From the NCBI GenBank assembly GCA_013239625.1, contig MU053493.1, forward strand, positions 1,001,793 through 1,065,792: a DNA stretch of 64,000 nt, in the 5' to 3' direction. The stretch comes from Lama guanicoe (Eukaryota). Numbering within the stretch: position 1 is the stretch's first letter; every line of letters begins with the position of its first letter. This document shows positions 1 through 11,206 of this stretch, in pieces. The position numbers and the translations under genes were made by a program. The notes beneath the pieces were generated by a model, which made no database searches, was not told the DNA's origin, and saw nothing but the letters and a program-made list of their open reading frames with translations.

Positions 1-1129
1 AAGCCCAGGGACTCCTGGAGCAGCAAGGGGAAGCACTGGGGAGGCTGTTTAACCCAGCGGGGAGCCTTCCTGCCCTTTGTCCAGCTGCTTCAGAAGGAAC
101 CAAGCAACTGTTTCTGGGGCTGTAAGTACAGAGGATGGCTTACAACCCCAGCCTCCAAGGATGCGGCCAGGGGACCAGGGCTGGCACGGTCTGCACAGCT
201 AGGTCTCCCCCACACCCCACAACCATAGTGCCTTGCGTCCTGAGTCCGCTGCAGGATTTCACCTCTACCTTCAACTGCCCTGCCCCAGGGTCTGCACATC
301 CTGCATACACTGAAGTCAGGTGGCAACCTGGGAACTGGGACAAGTTGGCAGGTGCATCTGCAGCTCTGGAAGGCCCTTCAGCCTCAGGCATGCCGGCTCC
401 ACTCCCACTGCCCAGAATCTGCTTTGCAGCAAATCAGTTCCTCCCCCCACCTCGCCGAGGGAAGCCTTCTCTTCTCTCACTTGTTCCTCCCCCACCGACA
501 CCTCAGCCACCAGCTTCCCCTGTGGCACTTGAGCTTGTCTGAAACCATGAATCAGCCAGTTAAGCTGAAGTCAGCAGTTCCATCCCACACAGGCTGCAGG
601 CACATTGGTCCCACGCTGGGCATTCCAACCCTGACCCCAGACCCCGGCCCAGGGTCTCTGCATAATAACCAGGCATAAGTCCCTGGGGAACAAAGAGCAC
701 AGAAGCTGGGCTGGGTTCCAGAGATTCTGGACCCCCAGCAGTCACCTGCAGGTAGGCACAGGGGAGCAGAGCCCACACCCGCCAGGGGAAAACCCTCCTT
801 CCATCCGGGTTCCAATCAGCTCTGGCATTCACTGTATGTGGGTTTCAATATTCTCTTCTGGGAAGTGGGGACAGAACAGCTACCCTACTACCTACCAGTG
901 TGGGGGGCACGAGGGCAGCGGGGGGACCCAGCTGCAGTGGCTGTCCCTGCGTGGTCACTTGCGTGCACACACACACACACACATGCACACGGCTCCCCTC
1001 CAAGACTCACGCTCCTTCCCGACCCTGGGATATCACGGGAGGACACAGGACCCAGGCTGCCATGGAATCACACCAGACCAGTGCACAGAGCACCCCTAAA
1101 ACCAACCGCTCCTTTGTTTTCAATCTGAG

Positions 1130-1660
1130 CACCTCAGAATAGCATTCAGCCTCAAAACAGAAGGCAATCCTGCTGTTTGCGACAGCATGCAAAGTGAAAG
1201 AAACCAGACTCAGAAAGACAGCTACTACATGATTCCACCTGCATGAAGATGCTAAAATAATCAAACCCACAGAAGCACAGAGCAGAACGGGGGCTGCCTG
1301 GTGCCACGGGCCCAGGACGGGATGGGCGGTTTTAGTCCACGAATGCAAAGTCTCAGTTCTGCAAGATGACAAGCCTGGAACCTCCCGTGCGGCATCGCTA
1401 ATAAGCCTCTGTGGGAGAATTGACAGTGGCAAAGAGGGTAGATCCTCTGTTAGGTGTTCTTATCCCAGAAATAATATCTGTAATAATAAAGAAAGAAAGA
1501 TTGCAGGAGGACCCTTGAGGAGGGGATGGCTGGGGATGGCGTGGATCGTGGTGAGAATTTCACGGGTGTGTGCTCACCTCCTAAGTCGTCAGACTGTGCA
1601 CAGGAAATCTGGACAGCTTTTTGTATGTCAATCATCCCTCAAAAGAGTGCTTTTTTAAAA
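1130..1660 (+). mobile_element. Old L1 (L1MB-like) 3' end
   Basis: Motifs gtgaaagaaaccagactcagaaagac...catgattccac, agtctcagttctgcaagatga, tttttgtatgtcaatcatccctcaaaa. Confidence 0.7.
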
Positions 1661-2330
1661 GTACACTTTGATTTCAGTAGTCATGCTTTTAAAAATAAAT
1701 CTCCCGGAATGCTCGTGCGTCTGTTTTCGAGCACAACCATTCTCGTGGTGTGTGATGTGCCGCCTTTTACTTTTACAGCCACTACTCTCCCGGAAGTTAC
1801 GAGGTGACATTATCCAACATTCTGCAGTGCTCCCAATACTTTCTCTTTGCTTTTGTGTAGATGCTGAGGGAAAAAAAAAAAGGTGGGGGGAGGAGGCAAC
1901 AATAAACCTGAGTCTAAATTCTTGTTTGCAGGGAAAGTGGCTGGATAATATAAATTCTTACTTGTGTCATACTCTGTAGTTTGTAACTTGGATTACTTCT
2001 TTTATCTAATTTCATCCTTCCACCAACCACATTTTTGTCCTGTTTTCACAGAAAAATAAGTGGAGAGTCTGTCATTTTCCCTGAGTCAGCAAGATACCAG
2101 GGCTGAGGAAAAGACTCCTGATTCAGAATAAGGAACCAAGTCCCACAAATCAATAAGAAAAGGGCAGACAGTTCAACAGAAAAATGGGCAAAAGATGATG
2201 AACAAGCACCCGGTCTTCAAGGAGGAGGCTGCCAGGAAGTGGAATCCGGAAATCACATAGCTAAAGCTTCAATTAAGTTTGCAGCCTTCTAAATGTCATG
2301 CACACACACACTTTTAAAAAACTCATTTCA

Positions 2331-2488
2331 AGTGGGGAGGGTAGAGCTCAGTGGCAGAGTGTGTGCTTAGCATGCACGAGGACCTGGGTTCAATCCCCAG
2401 TGCCTCCATTAAAAAATAAATGAGTGAATAAATTAATTAATTTTAAAAACCTAATTACCTTCCCCCTAAAACAAACAAAAATAATAAT
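2331..2488 (+). mobile_element. tRNA-derived SINE (camelid Vic-1-like)
   Basis: A box/B box head (agctcagtggcagag...gggttcaatccccag), A-rich tail, perfect 13-bp TSD aaaactcatttca (2318-2330 / 2489-2501). Confidence 0.9.
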
Positions 2489-4087
2489 AAAACTCATTTC
2501 AGCCTTGTGACAACCCCTCCCCAGTACTATTATTATTCAGTGTCCAAGCGTGCCCTTCCCAAATACAGCACACGTAACAAGGTGTCTGAGGCAGGACTAA
2601 AAGCATGCAGAGCTGGACCCCAGAGACGCCTGAGTCGCAGACTTTCCCAGTGAACTCTATCAGAAACCTGGTCAGGACATCTCCCATCAAAGCAAGGTCG
2701 TCCAAAAATGTAAGCTAGAGAAGGGGGCTCCCAACAGACCCTTCTGTGTGGAACTGGTGCAAAGGTGGGCTTTTTTTGTGGTTATTGGACATTTATTTCT
2801 AGTATGTCTACAAGCAATGAAGATTAACTGGTTTAGTAAATTAAACAGCAATAAATAAGTACCGCACATAAGGAAAGGATAATATGAAAAAAAAGTCTAC
2901 CACCATTATAGAGCAGAAAATTAAAAATTATGAGGAGACACATCCTCATAAGACATGGACAAGATGAAAAAAATTAGAATGATGGATTTATAAACATAGC
3001 TTGGCTAAGAATGAATGAATGAATGGGTGAATGAAAGCATGAATAATTTAAAATAGCAAATGCAAGAAAGAAAGGAAAGCAAGCAGGCGAGCAAAAAACA
3101 CCAAGGGTAACCTGGAAAAAAGCCCCAAACAAGAAGAACATGAGTTCTTTCTGACGTATATGTAACTCAATGAAGCCTTGGATCCAATTAAACATGACTT
3201 CAAAGATGAGGTTATGAAATTCCCAAATGAAATAAAAAGGAAGACTGCGGGGCTAAACAAATAAACTGAGAACCAAAACAACACGGGAATGTGGCTGATA
3301 AATCAGACAGAGAAAGGAGCAAAACAGACTTCGATGAAAATCGAGTTACCGGCATGAAGGCAAGGCATGAGATAATGGCTGCGTGTGTGGAGGAAAAACA
3401 CAGACATGCAGTCAGCTCAGGACAAGGAGGTGGAGGTGTCACAAGGAAGACACAAGTAGAAGTGAGATGGAGAACACACACTCCGGGAACAGGAAGAGTC
3501 CTGGGGTAACGCACAGGGGGCAGGCACACTTCTGGTTTTAGCAGAACAGCTGACTCCACAACCTGATCACCATCTGCCTGCAAATCGCCTAGATGTGCTG
3601 GAGGAAATCACAGAAACGCCTTCTTCAGTGCAAACAGAGGCTCACAAAAAAAGGAAGCGAGATCCTCAGAAACCAAAAATACAAGAGGAAACTAAAAAGA
3701 ACACCGTCAGCATATAAGATGCGTGGGAGCAGTGGTCAGTTATGTCCACAAAGAGGGTGAAGGCAAGGCTCCACTCCACAGGAAAGGGGAGCCGAGCCAC
3801 CCCCCTCCACATCCATCCATAGGACACAGGGGTCCTGAAGAGCCCACTGCCAGAAGGAAACGGAAGGAAGTCTGTCTGTCTCCGGCTGGGTTGACAGCGG
3901 AGGGAAAAAGGCTGTACTGCCAATTCCTAAGAAGTGTGGAAATCTTCAGTCGGATGGGGAAGTCAAAGATAAACAATCCACAATGCCTGGGGACTCTGCA
4001 GACGGAGAAAGTAGCATCAGAGCTGTTTCACGACAGTGCAGTTGGAGGCACCAGACAAAAGCAGAGAGAACAAACAAAAGAGCAAAC

Positions 4088-4088
<1 letters not shown>

Positions 4089-4122
<34 letters not shown>
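4089..4122 (+). repeat. poly(A) tract within an A-rich stretch
   Basis: Run of >30 A. Confidence 0.9.
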
Positions 4123-4123
<1 letters not shown>

Positions 4124-5786
4124 ATATCTATAAAAGAACAACAAAACAAAAAAAAAAAAGGCAAAAACCAAAAACCATTTTGTTCAGAGACCACAATCAT
4201 GATTATGCCCCCCTGACGCAAACTGTAAAACATCTTAAAGTGAAAAATCCTCCATTACCAAGACAGAGAAAACCAAGCCAGCAGGAATAAATCCCCGAAA
4301 ATTCAGATAAGAGAAATACCGGAGGGAAACAGGGAACACGTCTGTTTAAGATAATTAAATACATAAAGATACCAAGAGCACAATAAAAGAATAAGATACT
4401 CTGGGCGGAAACAAGACCAAACAAAAGTACAAGTTTCACAAAACTTAAAATGTAGTCGCTGAAATCAATACTCAATGGATGGGTTACAGCCTAGAAAGAC
4501 ATGAAATTATAATTAGGAAAGTGAAGACAGATCTGGACGTATGACCTAAAATATAGGAAAGAATGATAAAAAAAATGGAAAACATGAATGCTTAAAAAAC
4601 ACAAAAAAGCCAATGAAAGCACCCGAGATGCATCTAAAAAGGCTTCAGAAGGAGAAAATATAAAGAAATAATGACTGAGAAATTTCCAGAATTGCTGAAC
4701 TAACCTTCAGACTAAGGAAGCACCATGAGCTCCTCAAGAAGATAAGAATGACTCAAAGGTTAATCGAAGTTTAATCATATTTTCATCTCTGATATATAAG
4801 GAGCTTAGAATTAACCACTCCCACGCTTACAGCAAGAAAAAAAATGAAGATACTGAAAATCAGGGACTTTGGCTGGACACTGGGCAAAATGCCACACGGA
4901 AACCCGGAGAGACAGGCAAATTCAGAGTCACAGACAGGAAGACCTGATTACCTGGGCAGAGACCACTGCAACCATAAACTGGCAGGAGCACCTCCATGGG
5001 AATTCTGCTGAGTCTCTGGTTGCTGAGGGTGAACCTGAGTGAGAATAAAAAACCTCCAGGGGCCACAACCTTGTGGACACCCTACACTCTCACGGATTCT
5101 ATCTCCAGGAACTCCACCAAGTTCTTACAGTGAATATGCAAGAAAGACTCCCTCGTAGCTCTGACATGGAGAGGGAAGGAGTAACTCGGGAAACAGACCA
5201 TCCGGCACCTTCTCCATAGCCAAGGCCCACTGTCCAAGCTCTGCAGAGTTTTCCCTGCCATTCCTCCCACACCAGCACCCTGCAGCCTTTCTGTCTCACA
5301 TGACGGCAGGGGACGGTAGGCCTACTGGGAGGGAAACACCTGTGAAGGCCACAGCCCAGGAGCACAGCCCCACCGAAAGCCAAAGATGTAAACCTAAGAC
5401 GGCAGAACACTCACCCTCCGCCACATCTTCCCACCACACCGACACTCCAGTGTGACCGTGAGCTCCAGATGAAAGACGGCAGACCCTCTCTGAGGAGGGT
5501 ACAGAAGGAAACCCAAAGTCAAGACGGCACTAGAAGAATTTCAAACCTCCGGCACCTAACACTACAGCAAACATTACGTCCTTACTACTAGCCAAACTAC
5601 CAAGGGAGTCACACACTAATGGTGTATTTACTTAAGTTTCTATGACATTATAGGACATTTCTGGTTTATGACAGAAACACCACGAGGCAACTGAAAGACA
5701 AGAAGTCTGAAGAGATGAAGCAAACATCAGAAAGAGACTCTGATATGACGCAGATGTTGAGATTATCAGACAAGAAATTTAAAATA

Positions 5787-5925
5787 GAGGAGGGTATAGC
5801 TCAATGTTAAAGTAGGCATTAAGCATGCGTGAGGTCCTGGGTTCACTCCCCAGCACCTCCATTAAGTAAATGTACAAATAAGCAAACCTAGTTACTTACC
5901 CCAAAACAAAACAAAACAAAACAAA
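5787..5925 (+). mobile_element. tRNA-derived SINE (Vic-1-like) nested in L1
   Basis: SINE head, (CAAAA)n tail, perfect 15-bp TSD aagaaatttaaaata (5772-5786 / 5926-5940). Confidence 0.9.
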
Positions 5926-6151
5926 AAGAAATTTAAAATAATACAATCACTACGTTAAAGAACTCTAAAGGAGAAATAAACAGCATGTGAGAACAGACAG
6001 GCGATGTCAGCAGGAATATGAAGACGCTAAGAAAGAATCTAAAGGAAATACTTGAAATCAGAAATGCAGCAACAGAAATAAAGAATGTCTGTCTGCAATT
6101 TGAGTATTTTTGTCAAAAATGTACAGATTCCATTAAATGGAAACATTTTGG

Positions 6152-6191
6152 AAGAAAGAAAGAAAAAGAAAGAAAGAAAAGAAAGAAAAAG

Positions 6192-6254
<63 letters not shown>

Positions 6255-6543
6255 AAAGAAGGAAGGAAGGAAGGAAGGAAGGAAGGAAGAAAGGAAGGAA
6301 GGAAAGAAGGAAGGAAGAAAGAAGGAAAGAAAGAAAGAAGGAAAGAAAGAAGGAAAGAAGGAAAGGAAGAAGGAAAGAAAGAAAGAAGGAAAGAAAGGAA
6401 GGAAGAAGGAAAGAAAGAAAGAAGGAAAGAAAGGAAGGAAGGAAGGAGGAAAGGAAGGAAGGAAGGAAGGAAGGAAGTAGGAAAGGAAGGAAGGGAGAGA
6501 AAGAGAAAAGAAAGAAAAGAAATGAAAGAAAAGGAGAAGAAAG
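6152..6543 (+). repeat. Compound (GAAA)n/(GGAA)n polypurine microsatellite
   Basis: ~390 bp almost purely purine. Confidence 0.97.
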
Positions 6544-9500
6544 ACTGATGGTCTCATGAATAGACTGGACACAACCAAGGAAAGAATCAGGAAGCTTGAG
6601 AATACATCACGGAAACTTCTGAAACTGAAATGCAAAAAGGGAAACCATAGACCATCCTATAACTGTGGGACAATTTCAAAAGGTCTAACTTTAAGTAATC
6701 GGGTTACCAGAAGAAAAAAGAGCAGAGCAGAAGGAATAATCAAAGCAATAATGGCTGAGAATGTTCCAAAATTAATGACAGACACAAATCATATACTCAG
6801 AAAAGTGAGGGAACACCAAGCAGGATAAATGCCTAGAAAAACAGACAGGGATCTTAAACCTATCGCAGAAATGGAATCAAAATGGATCATAAGCCTAAAT
6901 ACAAACTGTGAAGCTATAAAACCAGAAGAAAACGTCAGGTGAAATATATGGGCTCTTAGGTTTAGTGACAAGTTTTTGGCTACAGCACCATATGATGATC
7001 CATGCAAAAAAATAAAATAATTAAAATGGCTAAGTTGGATGTGATTAAAACTTAAAACTGCTCTGTGAAAGATGCTGTTACCAGAACAAGAAGACAAACT
7101 GCAGATTGGGAGAAAATTTCTCAGAATCCATCTCTGATAAAGGACTTGTATCCAAAATATAGGAAAAAAGAAGAATCAACAATAAGAAAACAAATAACCT
7201 AACTAAAATACAGGCACTAAAAGATGTGAACAAACACCGCAATGATGAAGACAGACAGAAAGCAAACAAGCATCCATTCTGAAATGACGATTGACGTGTG
7301 TCATTGAGGAATGACAGATGACAATGAGATCCTGCCACACACCCAGTAAATGACTCAAATCTAAAAAACTGGCACCGTCAATTGCTGGGAGGATGTGGCA
7401 CCAAGGGAACTCTCATTTACTGCTGGTGGGAATGCAAAATGATACAGCACGTCTGGAAGACAGTTTGGCGGTTTCTTACAAAACCAAATCTAGTGTCACC
7501 AGATTACCCAACAGCTGCATTCCTAGATACTTACCCTCTGATTTGAACTTTTATCCACACAAAACCCTTATTGTGGAAGTTTATGGCAACTGCATAATTG
7601 CCAAAACTTGGAAGCAACCAAGATGTCCTACAGTAGGTGAATGGATAAACAGACTTTAGTACATCTGTACAATATATTATTATTCAAGGATAAAATGAAA
7701 TGAGCTGTCAAACCATGAAAGATAGCAATTAACCTTAAATGTATATTGCTAAACTAAGTGTGAGTAGCCAGGCTGAAAAGGCTATAGACTGTATGATTTC
7801 AATTATAAGACATTCTAAAAAAAGGCAAAACTAGAGCTGGTAAACAGATCATCGGTGGGGTGTGTGTGACGGGGCTGGGATGACTAGAGGGAGCACATGG
7901 GGTTTTTAGAGCAGAAAAACAATTTTGTAGGATATTACAGTAGTGAACACAAGACAGAAAGCATTTGTCAAAACCCATAGAAATTTACAGCACAAAGAGT
8001 AAACCTTAATGTACGCAGATTTAAAAGTAAATCATTTAGGAAGTTGGGGGATCTAGGAGGAAATGCAAAATGTGACAAATGGATCTAAATACACTGCAAA
8101 AGTTATGAATCTCCCTGATGGATCTGAGGGAACAGGGTGCTGTCCTAAGTACGTTCCAAAATGAGGCATCTGTAAGGAACTTATGTAAGTACTGCACGCT
8201 GGTTGATGAAACTATTCTTCATTGAAGTATGGGTTAACAATTCTAAAAACACTGTGTGTGAGCTGTAATTTAACAATTCAGTGAATGGATGGAAGACAGT
8301 GGGAGTCAGATTTCTCACTGTTGGGGTGGGAGGAAATTAAAATTACCTACTTGGTAATGGGTAGCGTTGGAGATAGAAGGGTGCACTCATGTTTAGCTTA
8401 ACATGGGTTCCAATGTTACATGCAGAAATATCCACTGATACGTGTAGATATGTAGGTTAGTATACAGACACTTATCTCCTTACTGTCAACTTCAAGGGCC
8501 TAGAAATCATGACGCCTCAGTAGCCATGAACTCACACACTGACTGCCAAGATTTTATTTCTTAATTATTCCCCAATGGAAAGAACCAGGGGTCCTAGAGA
8601 AACAGCTAACTCCAGGTGTAAGGCAGGAAATACACAAGATGACTGGGAGCATCATTTAGTGCCAAGAAGTCAGAAAGTGATCAGACAAGAAGTACATAAA
8701 GTCACACTGATGAGGCACATCAAAGAGACCCAGGAACAAATCATAAAAACACCCAGCTGGCCAAAGCTGGGACAATTTGAGAAACAAAATGAATAATGCA
8801 GGATTGAATTATAACCAGGGTATAAGATAAATATCCTCAAGTCCACACTGCCAGAATAACTGAACGAATAAATAAATGGTTGAAAGCAGACAAATCTCTC
8901 ATGCAGAGGAACTCCAAATAATTTATACGGATACGCCACCTTTTCAGGAGGTGGAGCTTAACTCCCCATTACATTTAACATAGGCTGCATACAGAGACGT
9001 CCTGGCAAAGACTACAGTATAGAAAGGGAGGGAAAAAAAGAGTAACTGTACAGTGGAGAGACCCACATACCTTAAGCCAGATGACCAAGGTCAACATCAA
9101 CAAGGGTGAGTCATAGTGACAGACGTGCCCTTGATACACCATGATGAGAAGGTTATTTGAACGCTGTGGTCTTCCTCCCCCAGACACATCACCCCAGTTT
9201 AACCATGAGAAAAACATCCAACAAATTCCAACTGAGGGCCATTCTACAAAACACCTGACTAGAACTCTTCAAAACAGTTGAAACATCCAAATCAAGGAAA
9301 AGTCTGGGAAACTGTCACAACCAAGAGGGGCCTTTGGAGATGACTAACTGGAATATGCTGTCGTGGATGGGGTCCCAGAGCAGAAAAAGGACAGTAACTT
9401 AAAAAACTAAGAAAAATCCTAACAAAGCATGGACCTGAGTTTAAAATAATCTGTCAATACGTGTGCATTAATTAGAATGAAAATGTACTATACAAACGTA

Positions 9501-9609
9501 CAATGGGACACTTCAACAAAAAAAATAAGAAATTTTTTAAATGTACAATGACTGTAACAGGGGAAACAGGGTACATCTTCATAAGTTTCCTCTAAACCTA
9601 AAGTGGTTC

Positions 9610-9785
9610 TACACAGGGAACCCTATTCGGTACCTTGCAGTAACATAATGAAAAAGAATATGAAAGGGAATGTATGTATGTGTGCGTATGTGAAACATGA
9701 TGCCGTACGCCAGAAATTGACAACATTGTAAACTGACTATACTTCAATAAAAATAAAACAAGATAATTTTTAAAATTAAAAAAAT
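9610..9785 (+). mobile_element. Lineage-specific L1 3' end (5'-truncated)
   Basis: acacagggaaccctattc...aattgacaacattgtaaactgactatacttcaataaa plus A-rich tail. Confidence 0.85.
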
Positions 9786-10251
9786 AAAACTGTTCCAAAA
9801 TAAAACATGTATTAAAAAAAAAAATCACACTGTAGGGAAATTGTAGTATATGAAAAAAAGTCCTAGAAGCACACGGGGTCAAAGTCAGTTTATCTACAGG
9901 GAATGAAGGCTGCCCTACCAGCAGGTGGCGAAGTGCAGCAACCAACAGCTAGAAGTCAGTGAAGTCACATTTCCAAATTCCAAAGCATTATTGTGGAATT
10001 CGACTTAGAATTCTAGACCCAGCTAAACTGCAATCCAAGAGTCAGATTAGAATAATGTTTTTTTTTTCAGACAAACAGTGTATTACTGACACCTCTTCAC
10101 AGACAGTATTACTATCAGGTGTATTCCTGGCAGAAGAATAAACTGGATTCAGAAGAAAAGAGGGGGGTGCAAAAATTTGACTCATGGTAGTTGACACTCT
10201 GAAAATACTTTTAAAGATAAACACGAACTCTTTTCAGGTTATTTTTGACTT

Positions 10252-10395
10252 CTGAGTTTATGGATAAAACCAATTTCATTGTTTACCCTCCAACTAAGTG
10301 TTCCTTCTACTTTCTTTCTGCAACTGAGTTTATGGATAAAATCAATTTCATTGTTTATTATCCAACTTAATATTCCTTCTAGTTTCATCTTGCAT
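10252..10395. repeat. 72-bp imperfect tandem duplication (2 copies)
   Basis: ctgagtttatggataaaa.caatttcattgttta starts at 10252 and again at 10324. Confidence 0.9.
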
Positions 10396-10492
10396 CAAAT
10401 CTAAGACACCATTCAATTGTAAGACATCTATTTTCAAAAAGAAAAAGTTCAAATGAGAAAAAAATGCACATCTTAGAATTGATGGACCATGG
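10390..10492. mobile_element. Small Tc1/mariner-type MITE (MER104-like)
   Basis: Inverted ends catcaaatctaaga ... tcttagaattgatg; internal match to recalled MER104 consensus. Confidence 0.6.
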
Positions 10493-10923
10493 CGCAAACT
10501 TTACAGATAATGAGTGTTGAAAAAGGTACTTGATGCAGGAGAGACTTCTAATGATCTGTTTCATTGTCATTCACTCTAATGTTTGAAAAACAACCAGGGG
10601 TAGGGAGTCTGACCTAAAACCTAAATGGTGATTTCTTCCAGAATCAACACTGAGATTTTTATAAATTATCAGAATGGTAGAAAAAATGTCTAAGCTTGCA
10701 GAAGCTCCTAAACTCATTTCAACAGAGAAGATTAAAAGGAATCACCTACAGGAACACGTTACTAACTACAAGAACTAGAGAAGAAAAATAACGAACTTCA
10801 TTGTAGTGACATCAGGGCACTGACAACTTCAACTCAGGCAAAGAAGTTGAGTCATTGTCAGCAGTTTCCAAACATCCAGGCTTCATTCACGTTACCCTGC
10901 ACACTTTAATCAGGAAGATGAGG

Positions 10924-11206
10924 CTGTTTCTGCTTTGTAAATAAGTTCATTTGTGTCTTTTTTTTTAAAATCAGATTCCACATTTAAGTGACATCAAATG
11001 ATATTTTTCTTTCCCTTTCTGGCTTACTTCACTTAGAATGATGATACTGTATACAGCACAGGGAACTATATTCAGTATTTGTAGTAACCTATAATGAAAA
11101 AGAATATGAAAAGGAATATGTGTATGTACATGTATGACTGAAACATGATGCTGTACGCAGAAATTGACACATTGTAACTGACTATACCTCAGCTAAAAAA
11201 AAAAAA
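10924..11206 (+). mobile_element. 5'-inverted L1 insertion (twin priming)
   Basis: Antisense L1 segment 10924-~11044 joined to sense 3' end with poly(A); TSD aagatgagg (10915-10923 / 11207-11215). Confidence 0.88.

Larger units (their letters stand above)
4770..9830 (+). mobile_element. Old L1 (L1MC-like): 5'/ORF1 region, large ORF2 deletion, ORF2 3' part and long 3'UTR, interrupted by younger insertions
   Basis: Degenerate ORF1 (IMAENVPKLMTDT), ORF2 C-terminus (IAKTWKQPRCPTVGEWINRL) and L1MC-type 3'UTR (catttgtcaaaacccatagaa, ctgtcacaaccaagaggg). Confidence 0.75.

Noticed and set aside
90..1142. Overlapping ORFs in the GC-rich window start
   Set aside because: No recognisable protein or consistent exon structure; no match to CHRNA7 exons 3-4.
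2331..2410. tRNA-like sequences here and at about eleven other sites
   Set aside because: They have A-rich tails, TSDs and divergent stems, so they are SINE heads rather than tRNA genes.
6018..6635. Long K/E/R-rich and F/L/S-rich ORFs
   Set aside because: Translations of the GAAA/GGAA microsatellite, which lacks stop codons.
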